Positions 18,880 through 27,694 of a DNA stretch of 44,304 nucleotides are shown here, in pieces. Position 1 is the first letter of the stretch; each line of letters begins with the position of its first letter. Origin of the DNA: Candidatus Heimdallarchaeota archaeon (GTDB lineage: Archaea; Asgardarchaeota; Heimdallarchaeia; Heimdallarchaeales; Heimdallarchaeaceae); assembly GCA_021399345.1 (NCBI GenBank), contig JAAFKI010000170.1, positions 1-44,304 of the forward strand, read 5' to 3'. The position numbers and the translations under genes were made by a program. Below the pieces are notes generated by a model that saw only the letters and a program-made list of their open reading frames with translations, searched no databases and was not told the origin of the DNA.

Positions 18880-19866
18880 ATGAATGTAAGATCAATAATG
18901 TGCCCAAATTGTGCCGCACCTTTAGAATTAGAATCTACACAATCGCATGTTACATGTCCATATTGTTCTGTAACAAGTGAATTAAAGAAAGTAACCGATT
19001 TGATTGAGCATTATATGTTACCAGTTGTTTATGATGTTGATCAAATTAGAACTGAACTTGTAGGTGACATACTTAAATATCCAGGTGCTCCTGAAGACTT
19101 GCATAAATCTTTAAAAATTACTAAATTAGACCTTAAATTCTACCCCTATTTCATTGTAACTGTTCACCTCCGAACAGAATACACGGGAAATGGTGAATAT
19201 GCTACATTTAGCAATCGATACAAATCTGGATATAGACATATCAGTACTCATCTTAAACCTGAACAAGGAGTATTTGATGATACTAGAGAGTTCATAATTT
19301 ATGCCGCTGAAGAAGCAAATCATGACTTAATCAACTTTGAAATATCCACCAGAGGTAAAAGGTACTTCCAAGCACTCGAGGCAGAGAAAGTTAAAGCAGA
19401 TGTAGTTCCTAGTATTTTCGATTTAGATCAAGCTAAAAATGAAGCTACACACTCAATGAGAGAGATCCATAAAGGACTGATGCTCAAAGAATTAGCTCAA
19501 ATTCTTGAAGTTAGAGATCAACCAGAAATAAAAGGTGTTTATTTATTACACATTCCATTCTATTTCATTGAATTTGAAGCAGCTGGAAAGAAACACAATG
19601 CTACATTAGATGGGGCAACTGGTAGGACCGTCCTAACCGATGTTCCCCGAGAAACATCCTATTGGATACAAGTTGGAGTTCTAACTACTATTTTCGCAGC
19701 TGTAGGATTAGCTGGTATTTATCTAGCTGTTCAGAGTATTCTAATTTATTTTGGGATTTTCGGTGCAATTGCCGGTCTCATTCTTGCTGGCAGAACGTTA
19801 CAACTTGGACTTAAATCTAGACATAGAGAAACACAAAGGTCAAGGAAAGGGAGATTCAAGAGATAG
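18880..19866 (+). CDS. Zn-ribbon membrane protein (YdjG-like), paralog 2
   Basis: CPNC...CPYC, FYPYF, LHIPFY, DGATGR, two TM helices and a basic tail. Confidence 0.7.
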   Translation: MNVRSIMCPNCAAPLELESTQSHVTCPYCSVTSELKKVTDLIEHYMLPVVYDVDQIRTELVGDILKYPGAPEDLHKSLKITKLDLKFYPYFIVTVHLRTEYTGNGEYATFSNRYKSGYRHISTHLKPEQGVFDDTREFIIYAAEEANHDLINFEISTRGKRYFQALEAEKVKADVVPSIFDLDQAKNEATHSMREIHKGLMLKELAQILEVRDQPEIKGVYLLHIPFYFIEFEAAGKKHNATLDGATGRTVLTDVPRETSYWIQVGVLTTIFAAVGLAGIYLAVQSILIYFGIFGAIAGLILAGRTLQLGLKSRHRETQRSRKGRFKR

Positions 19867-19917
19867 ATTTTTCTCTTTTACCTTTTTATTTAAAAAGCGA
19901 TAGTAAATTTAAAGACC

Positions 19918-20658
19918 ATGAGCGATTCTATTCCTATTTTTTTCGATTTTGGAGGAACTTTAGTTGATACTTTAGAAGTCACTCGTCAAGTTTTCAAAGA
20001 AGCTTTAGGAAAAGATTTCCCGAGCACCAAAATTAAACAGATGTACAAAGATGCATCCAGAAAAGGACAAAGTATGTCAATGTTTTTCAAATATCCAGTA
20101 AACCCTGTTAAACTCTTGATTAAGAAAAACAAAATGGCCTCTCTTCAGAAAAAAAAATTTATGGAAATAGTTGAATTATATCCTGAAATACAAGAAACTT
20201 TGTTAAAGATCAAAGAATTAGATGAAAATATCTCACTCATTTTGGTTACACAGAATCCACTTATGGAGGATGAAACTGCTGCTAATATTTTGATGGAGAA
20301 ACTTTTTGGTGAAGATAATCCTTTTGACCAGCTCTTAGCTGGAGATGACAAATTTGAGTTAATTGTTCACAATTTCGATCCAGATGCAATCGCTAGAGGG
20401 ATTTTTGTTGGTGATTTGCCAAATGATGTTTATGTTTCAGAGATGTTAAAAATTCCTTGTTATGGAGTAACTTGGGGCTATTCAGATGAAGGAGAGTTAA
20501 GCACTCCATTTATTGTGGATGAAATATCAGAACTCATAGAAATGGTAGAAGATCACCTAGAAGATTTAAAGGGTGAATCGTTAGAAGAGATAGAAGAGAT
20601 TGAATTTGAAGAAATAGAATTTGATGAGACTGATGATTTTGAACTAGTTGATGAATAA
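19918..20658 (+). CDS. HAD-superfamily hydrolase-like protein with acidic tail
   Basis: FFDFGGTLVDT, LVTQN, FVGDLPND, GVTWGY; E/D-rich C-terminus. Confidence 0.75.
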   Translation: MSDSIPIFFDFGGTLVDTLEVTRQVFKEALGKDFPSTKIKQMYKDASRKGQSMSMFFKYPVNPVKLLIKKNKMASLQKKKFMEIVELYPEIQETLLKIKELDENISLILVTQNPLMEDETAANILMEKLFGEDNPFDQLLAGDDKFELIVHNFDPDAIARGIFVGDLPNDVYVSEMLKIPCYGVTWGYSDEGELSTPFIVDEISELIEMVEDHLEDLKGESLEEIEEIEFEEIEFDETDDFELVDE

Positions 20659-20665
20659 AGAGAAG

Positions 20666-20989
20666 TTATGAATTGATGTCAAGTATGAATTCTGCAACTT
20701 CTTTAGCTACTCTTGAAATTTTATCCTTATTAGTATCGATTAATTCTGCTGATTCTTTTTCAGCTTTAATTATTAACTGTTCGAACTGCTTTGTATCTCT
20801 CGCTTCCTCGATTTTCTTTTTGAGTATCTCTCTCGCTTCATGTTTTGCCTGTTCCAACCTTCTTACTCTATCACTTTGAGCTTTTTCAATTAGAAAAGAT
20901 GCTTCAGTATTAGCTTCTGATACAATTTGATCTGCTTGTCGTTCAGCAATCTTTATTTGTTCTATAATCTCTTGTTCTTTTGATGGCAA
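20666..20989 (-). CDS. A/V-type ATPase peripheral stalk subunit H (G)
   Basis: About 107 aa, all-helical EAE/KA pattern (IEQIKIAERQADQIVSEA). TTG start at 20989 preceded by GGTGAG; alternative GTG at 20998. Confidence 0.75.
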   Translation of the reverse strand: MPSKEQEIIEQIKIAERQADQIVSEANTEASFLIEKAQSDRVRRLEQAKHEAREILKKKIEEARDTKQFEQLIIKAEKESAELIDTNKDKISRVAKEVAEFILDINS

Positions 20990-22038
20990 ATATCTCACCG
21001 GACATATCTTTTCTCACTAGTTATGTAAGAGGGCAACATGCTAAACTTCTTTCTAATGAAGACTTTGAAAACTTAATAAATAAACCTTATGAAGCCTTCA
21101 TAAATCATCTGACTTCTTTTGAAATTGGTGAGATTCTTAGGTTAGAGCCATCTTATCAATCCCATGAGATAGAGCGTATTCTAACAAGACAATTGTTAGA
21201 TCAGTATGACTTCATACTTCAAAACATGCCTAAATGGGGAAAAGAATTTCTTGAAGCATATATGATAAAATTTGAAGTAATGAATCTTCAGAGGATTATT
21301 AGATACCTCTACTCAAAAGCTCAAGTCAATTTAAGAGATGTAATTAATTTGCGAGCTCAAGAGATGCTTGGGAGAACTTCCTTTATAGCAAAACTTCTCC
21401 AGAGTGAAGATTTAGGCGTTTTTCTTGAGAGAATAAAACAAACAGAGTATAAGAAGGTAATCGAAATATCTGAAAAACTTTATAGTAAAGTGGGAGATAT
21501 CTGGCCACTTGAGTTTGCTTTAAATGTCCACTATTTGAATTTAATGTTAGAAAAAGCTCAAAAACTTCCTAGAAATCAAAGAAGCGGTGCATTAAGTTTT
21601 GTCTATCAAGAGCTGATTACAAGTGTTCTCCTCGTTATATTAAAAGCTGATTTTGTAAATGTTGATGTAAAGGATGCTTTAGAGTTAATCACATTGCCAA
21701 AAGATATACCATTCAGACGACAGATTGTATCCCTTGCTGATGAACGAAGTTTAAACATTGACTTAGAAATTCTCAAATCCTTAAATCAAGCTAAACTAAC
21801 TGAAGGTATAGAGCGATATGAGAAAGATAAAATGTTTTTACACATAGAGATTGCTTTGAGAGCGAGAGAATTAGAATTTATAAGAAAGGTTTACTATAGT
21901 GACTTTGGACTTTTAAGTATCCTCTGTTATCTTAAACAATACGAAGCTCAGATTCAGGATTTGAACAAATTGTTATATCTCAAGGAGTATAAGTTCCCTG
22001 TTGAAAAAACCAGGGAATTAATTGTAAGCCTTGTTTAG
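20983..22038 (+). CDS. atpC: A/V-type ATPase subunit C (d/AC39 family)
   Basis: YVRGQHAKLLSNEDFENL, KFEVMNLQRIIR, IKQTEY, LEFALNVHY and ILCYLKQYEAQIQDL; about 350 aa; ATPase locus context. Confidence 0.8.
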   Translation: MANISPDISFLTSYVRGQHAKLLSNEDFENLINKPYEAFINHLTSFEIGEILRLEPSYQSHEIERILTRQLLDQYDFILQNMPKWGKEFLEAYMIKFEVMNLQRIIRYLYSKAQVNLRDVINLRAQEMLGRTSFIAKLLQSEDLGVFLERIKQTEYKKVIEISEKLYSKVGDIWPLEFALNVHYLNLMLEKAQKLPRNQRSGALSFVYQELITSVLLVILKADFVNVDVKDALELITLPKDIPFRRQIVSLADERSLNIDLEILKSLNQAKLTEGIERYEKDKMFLHIEIALRARELEFIRKVYYSDFGLLSILCYLKQYEAQIQDLNKLLYLKEYKFPVEKTRELIVSLV

Positions 22039-22048
22039 ATGAACATCG

Positions 22049-22528
22049 TCAAACAACGATATTTAGGAGTATGAATGCAATTAGCAGACCATAAATTGCT
22101 AACGCCTCACCAAGACCTAGATAAATCAGATTTGGTGTGAACACTTCTGAATTTGCTGTTATTGAACCAATAGCTGCTGGCTCTCCTTTTGCAAGTGTAA
22201 TTGCTGCTCCTAGATTAGATACAACCATAATGAACATAGCTGCAATGTAAATCCAACCGTAAGTTAGACTAAAATCTGCTAATTGCAAAGTACCATCAAG
22301 ATAAGGTTGAATCTTCGTATACATTACAAATGCTATTAAGAGCCCATATATAGCTAAGGCCTCCGCTAAAGCTAAATAGATTAATATGAAAATATTTAAT
22401 CTCTGCTTTTCTGCAACAGCTGCAGCAGCTGCTTGAACTCCTTTTGCTAGCGGAATACCAGCTCCCAAAATTGTTAGCATAGTTCCTGCGATTCCAATTA
22501 TTCCTAATACATATCCTTCAATTGCCAT
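22049..22528 (-). CDS. atpK: A/V-type ATPase proteolipid subunit K (c), two-hairpin 16-kDa form
   Basis: Two repeats, LALAEALAIYGLLIAF and LGLGEALAIYGLLIAF. Confidence 0.92.
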   Translation of the reverse strand: MAIEGYVLGIIGIAGTMLTILGAGIPLAKGVQAAAAAVAEKQRLNIFILIYLALAEALAIYGLLIAFVMYTKIQPYLDGTLQLADFSLTYGWIYIAAMFIMVVSNLGAAITLAKGEPAAIGSITANSEVFTPNLIYLGLGEALAIYGLLIAFILLNIVV

Positions 22529-24572
22529 ATTTACTCAAATCCATTTCTTTATTGAAAACAAAAACTGGTTTATGTTGAATTCCACTTCCTTCATAGAATT
22601 TACTGAAGAATTCATAAAAATGTAATCTTAAAGTTTGAACAAAAACTAATAAACCTTCAAGAACTAGTACAAAGATATTACCAATTACTAAAATTAGTAT
22701 TTTAAAGAGAATAAACCCAACTTGTTCAGCTAATGCATTAATAACACTCAGGAAAACCGCATGAGCAATGAGCATTGCAAGCATTCTTCCATAAGAAATA
22801 GTGTTACTTATGAAAGAGCTGAATGATTCTAGAAGGTGAATTAACCCCATCCCCATTCCACTAAGAAAACTACGAAATATATTTTTTCTCTTCTTTTTGA
22901 ACAAGATAGCCACAATCCCATGACCAAAAAGCGTTAATCCTACTCCAATAATGACAGAAACAAGCCCAACTAAAAGAAAGCCTCTACCTGCTGGATCAAT
23001 TCCAATGTTTAGAATTCCAAGGCTGGAAAGAAAATATATAATTGCAGCATAAAGAAAAACTTGAGGAGTTGTTTGTTCTAATATTTCTGAATACTCCTTA
23101 TGTCTTATTTGATTTATTGTTCTAAGAATTATTCCTAAAATGACATGAAGAGCTCCTATTATCAAAGTTAAGTTGAAAATTTCTACTAAATCCTTAATTG
23201 GACTTATAAAGGGATATTCTAATCCAAATAGATATACTGGGTTAGTATACCCATGTTCTCTAATCCCTAATATCTCAACAATATGAAAACCAAAGGCTTC
23301 ACCAAAAATGAATCCCATGATTGACGAAGTTATACCCATTACTAGTACAAGTAAAAACATTTGCCTAATACTCTTTTTCAACCCCCTAGCCAATACTCCA
23401 GTTAAACCAATTACAAGAAAAATTAGACCGTGACCTACATCACCAAACATAATTCCAAAGAAAATACTAAATGTAAAAATTAAGAAAATCGTTGGATCGA
23501 CCTCGTTAGATGCAGGTAGTCCATAAAGAGCTACAATATTCTGAAATGCGCTCTTAATAGGATTCTTTGCAGTAGCTACAGGGATATTTTTCATCTCTTC
23601 TGGAGGTTCATCATATTCCAGTATTACTTCTGGAAACTCACCTATAGTTTCCTCAATTATCCCAATTTCCTTTTCTGATACCCATCCTTGAAAAACTACT
23701 ATTTTCTTGGTTTGCTTTGCGGAAACGTATATGTTTAAGAAGTGACTATAGCTTTCGATTGACAATTTTATTGCAACAATGTCTTCTTTGTGTTTTATTG
23801 CAAATTGATTTAGGTCATTTTCGATTTTAGATACTTCTTCACTTAAGTTATTAAATTCATTTAGAATTTCTTCCTCAAGTTCAGTTTTGTTTAAATGAAT
23901 CGGACCTTGATAGTTGTATTTATACCATCTTACAATAGATAGTTCTTTGATAAGTTTGGATATTTCTCCTTTTTTTCCTCTAACGTAAACAAAATGTCTA
24001 TCTTTAACTAAGGAAATTACTTCTTGTTTCTTAAAATGGGAAACAAAGTTTTCCGCATCTTCTATTCTAGATGTTGTTAATACACCTATTAATGCACTCT
24101 CATCAGAATCTACGTTATACGGCTGTTCTTCTTCTATAAGTCTAAAACCTTTAGCAATTAGTTGGTCATTTTCTTTTAATTCAGTAAGTTCTTCCAACTT
24201 ATTCTTTAAATTCTTAAGTTCACTGTTAAAGTTACTAATCTGATTTTCTAGTTTTGTTTCTATATCTTCTAAATTATCCCAGTTCTCAAAAATAGGTGAT
24301 ATCGTTTTCTGTTTTTTATAAGCTCTAGCTATTTTTTGTCTAAATTTCTCTTTAGGCTCAGGAATTTGAACTATAAGATCTTTATAAGCTGATTCTAATT
24401 GTCTAATTGTTTCCATTTTGGATGATGGATAAAAGTCTTCCAATCCGTCTATCGATATACTGTGCTTTACCATCAAACTTTCTGTTTCAGCTATTCTAAT
24501 AACTACTTGAGGAAACACATCTTTTGGTGTTATTATCGTTGCTTCTAACATTTTATCTGGAAATAAACCCAT
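22518..24572 (-). CDS. atpI: A/V-type ATPase subunit I (a)
   Basis: FQGWV, YGLP...EVDPT, FFGIMFGDVGHG, SNTISYGRMLA (essential Arg), LRLHFYEFFSKFY. ATG 24572 follows an AGGTGA SD; alternative GTG at 24581. Confidence 0.95.
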   Translation of the reverse strand: MGLFPDKMLEATIITPKDVFPQVVIRIAETESLMVKHSISIDGLEDFYPSSKMETIRQLESAYKDLIVQIPEPKEKFRQKIARAYKKQKTISPIFENWDNLEDIETKLENQISNFNSELKNLKNKLEELTELKENDQLIAKGFRLIEEEQPYNVDSDESALIGVLTTSRIEDAENFVSHFKKQEVISLVKDRHFVYVRGKKGEISKLIKELSIVRWYKYNYQGPIHLNKTELEEEILNEFNNLSEEVSKIENDLNQFAIKHKEDIVAIKLSIESYSHFLNIYVSAKQTKKIVVFQGWVSEKEIGIIEETIGEFPEVILEYDEPPEEMKNIPVATAKNPIKSAFQNIVALYGLPASNEVDPTIFLIFTFSIFFGIMFGDVGHGLIFLVIGLTGVLARGLKKSIRQMFLLVLVMGITSSIMGFIFGEAFGFHIVEILGIREHGYTNPVYLFGLEYPFISPIKDLVEIFNLTLIIGALHVILGIILRTINQIRHKEYSEILEQTTPQVFLYAAIIYFLSSLGILNIGIDPAGRGFLLVGLVSVIIGVGLTLFGHGIVAILFKKKRKNIFRSFLSGMGMGLIHLLESFSSFISNTISYGRMLAMLIAHAVFLSVINALAEQVGFILFKILILVIGNIFVLVLEGLLVFVQTLRLHFYEFFSKFYEGSGIQHKPVFVFNKEMDLSKYGN

Positions 24573-24581
24573 TTTCTTCAC

Positions 24582-25226
24582 CTATGCAAACAGAATCTCA
24601 TTTATTTTAGTTCTAATTTTATCTCTACTGGATTTCAATGTGTTTTCAATTGTATAATCAATCCTAATTCTCCCATAATCATCTGTGAGAATGAACCCAC
24701 CTTGTGTCTTCAAAGTCGAGACATCTACTTTGAAGTTTACCTTTTCCTTTTGAGCAATATTTGATGTGATTTTATTTAATATTTCCTTATCCTTTTTATC
24801 TGCAATAATTTTCATACTTTGTGCAGTGATGTTCCTTATTGTATAAATGAGAAGATTTTCTAAATATTTTGAATATCCTTTATTATCTCTCAATAATAGC
24901 ATTTCCTTTTTTACATGCTCGAAGACCTGATCAATCATACCTTCTCTAGCTTGAATAACTATTTTCTTTGCTTTTTGTTCAAATTCAGTCTCTGTTCTTT
25001 TTTTAATAAAATCCAATCTAGAGGTTTCTTTTTCCAACTCTTGTTTTTTAACTTCATCAACTTGTTTTTTAGTTCCCTTTTCTATCTCTTCCAATTTTTG
25101 TTTAGCTTCCCTATTTAGAATTTTAGCTTCTTCTTCCGCAGCATTCTTGATTTTGATAATCAGTCTTGTTAATGGACTGCTTTCAGTGTCTTCTTCGGGG
25201 AGCTCTTCATTTTTCATTTTCATCAC
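24582..25226 (-). CDS. atpE: A/V-type ATPase subunit E
   Basis: N-terminal coiled coil, GGFIL...IRIDYTIE, ILF end. Confidence 0.88.
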   Translation of the reverse strand: MMKMKNEELPEEDTESSPLTRLIIKIKNAAEEEAKILNREAKQKLEEIEKGTKKQVDEVKKQELEKETSRLDFIKKRTETEFEQKAKKIVIQAREGMIDQVFEHVKKEMLLLRDNKGYSKYLENLLIYTIRNITAQSMKIIADKKDKEILNKITSNIAQKEKVNFKVDVSTLKTQGGFILTDDYGRIRIDYTIENTLKSSRDKIRTKINEILFA

Positions 25227-25227
25227 T

Positions 25228-25656
25228 TTATACTGGAAAAAGTAAGACAGGTGTTTCTGACAATTCGACTACATACCTAACATAGTTTTTCAATAGTCTT
25301 TTTGTATAACTTTCCTTCCTTGTTCCCATAACTATGAAATCAACCTTTTCAGTTTTAGAGGTTTCAATTATTCTTTCAGCAACTAATCCTTGATCTAGTT
25401 CAGAAGTCATTAACAAATGAGTATCTGAAAAAGCAAGCTTGAGTTTTTCAAGAATGTTAGCATACTGAATGTGATATTCTTCTAGAATATGTTCAATAGT
25501 TGTGTTTCTATAACTAGCTAGAAGTTCTACATTTTCTCTATCAATTACATACAACAAATGTATTTCTGTAACCCAATCAAAGAAGAAATCAAGAATTTGA
25601 GAGATTAGATTTTTACCGCTTTCAAAATCTCCTATTGCAATAAGTGCTTTTTTCAT
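25228..25656 (-). CDS. Universal stress protein (UspA family)
   Basis: KKALIAI, IHLLYVID, GLVAERIIE, DFIVMG and TPVLLFP. Confidence 0.85.
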   Translation of the reverse strand: MKKALIAIGDFESGKNLISQILDFFFDWVTEIHLLYVIDRENVELLASYRNTTIEHILEEYHIQYANILEKLKLAFSDTHLLMTSELDQGLVAERIIETSKTEKVDFIVMGTRKESYTKRLLKNYVRYVVELSETPVLLFPV

Positions 25657-26300
25657 TAATTTCTCCTCTTTATTTTATTTTTTAACTCTATTTTTTGTTT
25701 GAGTTTTTTGATAGTATAGATACTCTCCAATTCATATGATTCTAACGCTTCCTCAATATATTTGACTATATTCCCAAATCTCACTCGGTATACTTTATCC
25801 AAAGCATTAAGACTTAATTGTGTAGATTGAAGATTACGAATTACTTTGTATGCAAAATTCTCAACTTCTGCTAATTCAACAATTAAATCAAATAAATCAC
25901 GAAATCTTTTTGCAGTTATCCACAGTGAACTAGATATTCCGAAGAATCCATATGATGGATCAGGGAGATTGGCTAACTGTAAATCAGAGTAAGACACGCC
26001 CATATATTCAAGAGGAATAGAATCTACCAAGACCTCTTTAGGGATTGTTTCACTAAAAACATTAATCATATCTTTTCCTAATTCTGATTCAGTTTTGATA
26101 TATTCATAATAAGCATCACTAAGATTTTCCTCCATTTTCTCTCTCATCAAAATTGCTTGTGATGAGATGATATGTAATTTCATTAATAATGCTTCATATT
26201 TCTCTCTTAGTAAATCGTATGCTCTTTCAACTAATTGGAGCTTTTTCTTGTATTTTAACAAGTTATCCTTTGTTGGAGGAACATTAATTACTTCTCTCAA
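25656..26300 (-). CDS. atpD: A/V-type ATPase subunit D
   Basis: PPTKDNLL, LLREKYEAL, MGV, LAEVE and NAL motifs; TTGA overlap with the atpB stop. Confidence 0.92.
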   Translation of the reverse strand: MREVINVPPTKDNLLKYKKKLQLVERAYDLLREKYEALLMKLHIISSQAILMREKMEENLSDAYYEYIKTESELGKDMINVFSETIPKEVLVDSIPLEYMGVSYSDLQLANLPDPSYGFFGISSSLWITAKRFRDLFDLIVELAEVENFAYKVIRNLQSTQLSLNALDKVYRVRFGNIVKYIEEALESYELESIYTIKKLKQKIELKNKIKRRN

Positions 26301-27691
26301 TCTGAATCAGCTCCTTTATTATGGATATGTTCCCGAATTAGATCTTCAGATACTTTGGTTAATTCAGTTTCTGGAAGATTGGATAATAACGACCATCCAA
26401 GATTTAAAGAATCTTCATTTGATCGGTAGACATCCCCTTGGTTCACAAAATTATCTTCAAATTTATCTGCAAACTCATACAAAATCTGATCTCGACGGTT
26501 TAGCTCCTTTTTTCCAATTACTTCTGCAAGTCTTCTCTTATCTAATCCTTCAGCATAAGACGCATAAAGTTGATTGCTTAAAGAAGGATGGTCCTTTCTT
26601 GTATAACCTTCTCCAATTCCGTCTTTCATTAAACGAGAAAGCGACCCCAAAACATCAATTGGCGGATAAATTCCTCTATTATGTAAAGAACGATCGAGGA
26701 TAATTTGACCTTCTGTAATATAGCCTGTCAAGTCAGGAATAGGGTGAGTAATATCATCATTTGGCATTGTCAAATTTGCAATTAGAGTAATGCTTCCTTG
26801 TGAATCTTCTATTATTCCTGCTCTTTCGTATATTGAGGCTAAATCCGAATACATGTAACCAGGAAAACCCTTTCTAGATGGTACAGTTTCTAGAGCAACT
26901 GAAATTTCTCTTAAAGCCTGACAATAATTAGTTATATCAGATAATATTGCTAGAACATGGTAGCCCTTATCAAAAGCTAGATACTCAGCAGTTGTTAATG
27001 CAACTCGAGGAGTTATAAGTCTCTCAGCAGCTGAATCACTTGCCAAATTAGTATACATTACAACTTTGTTTAGAGTACCTGTTTCTTCAAATAGGCGCTG
27101 GAAATAGATGTAATCATCCATTGTCAAACCCATGGCACCAAAAACAATAGCAAATTTATCTTCACTATCTGCTCCTACAATTCTTGCTTGTTTCACTATC
27201 TGGCCTATCAGCTGATTGTTTGGTAACCCAGCTCCAGTAAAGATAGGTAATTTTTGACCTCTTACTAATGTGTTCATTGAATCTATTGAAGAAATTCCTG
27301 TTTCGATGTAATCCCTTGGATAAATTCTAGATGTTGGGTTGATTGGGGATCCATTAATATCCCTGTATTCATCTGAATAGATGCTGGGTAATCCATCCAA
27401 CGGCTCTCCTTGAGAGTTAAATACTCTACCAATCATATCTTCAGCTACAAAAAGCTGCATAGTTCTTCCAAAAAATTCAGTTTCAATTTCATCCTTTTCT
27501 AGTTCATATGTACCTTGGTAAAGCAGAATGATGACTCTTTCCTCTTCAATTGCTAAAACTCTACCTTTTCTAGAAGGTTTGTTTGGCAGATTAACTTCTA
27601 AATATTCTCCCATACGGATACCTGTAACACCTTCTATGATAATGATTGGTCCTCGAATTTCTGATACTCCACTAACTGTTATACGAGCCAT
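26297..27691 (-). CDS. atpB: A/V-type ATPase subunit B
   Basis: RGQKLPIF, PGYMYSDL, DDITHPIPDLTGYITEGQI and SLSRLM. Confidence 0.97.
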   Translation of the reverse strand: MARITVSGVSEIRGPIIIIEGVTGIRMGEYLEVNLPNKPSRKGRVLAIEEERVIILLYQGTYELEKDEIETEFFGRTMQLFVAEDMIGRVFNSQGEPLDGLPSIYSDEYRDINGSPINPTSRIYPRDYIETGISSIDSMNTLVRGQKLPIFTGAGLPNNQLIGQIVKQARIVGADSEDKFAIVFGAMGLTMDDYIYFQRLFEETGTLNKVVMYTNLASDSAAERLITPRVALTTAEYLAFDKGYHVLAILSDITNYCQALREISVALETVPSRKGFPGYMYSDLASIYERAGIIEDSQGSITLIANLTMPNDDITHPIPDLTGYITEGQIILDRSLHNRGIYPPIDVLGSLSRLMKDGIGEGYTRKDHPSLSNQLYASYAEGLDKRRLAEVIGKKELNRRDQILYEFADKFEDNFVNQGDVYRSNEDSLNLGWSLLSNLPETELTKVSEDLIREHIHNKGADSD

Positions 27692-27694
27692 TCA

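Noticed and set aside
26167-26703. 178-aa + strand ORF
   Set aside because: Antisense to the conserved atpB/atpD genes, with no recognisable motifs; shadow ORF.
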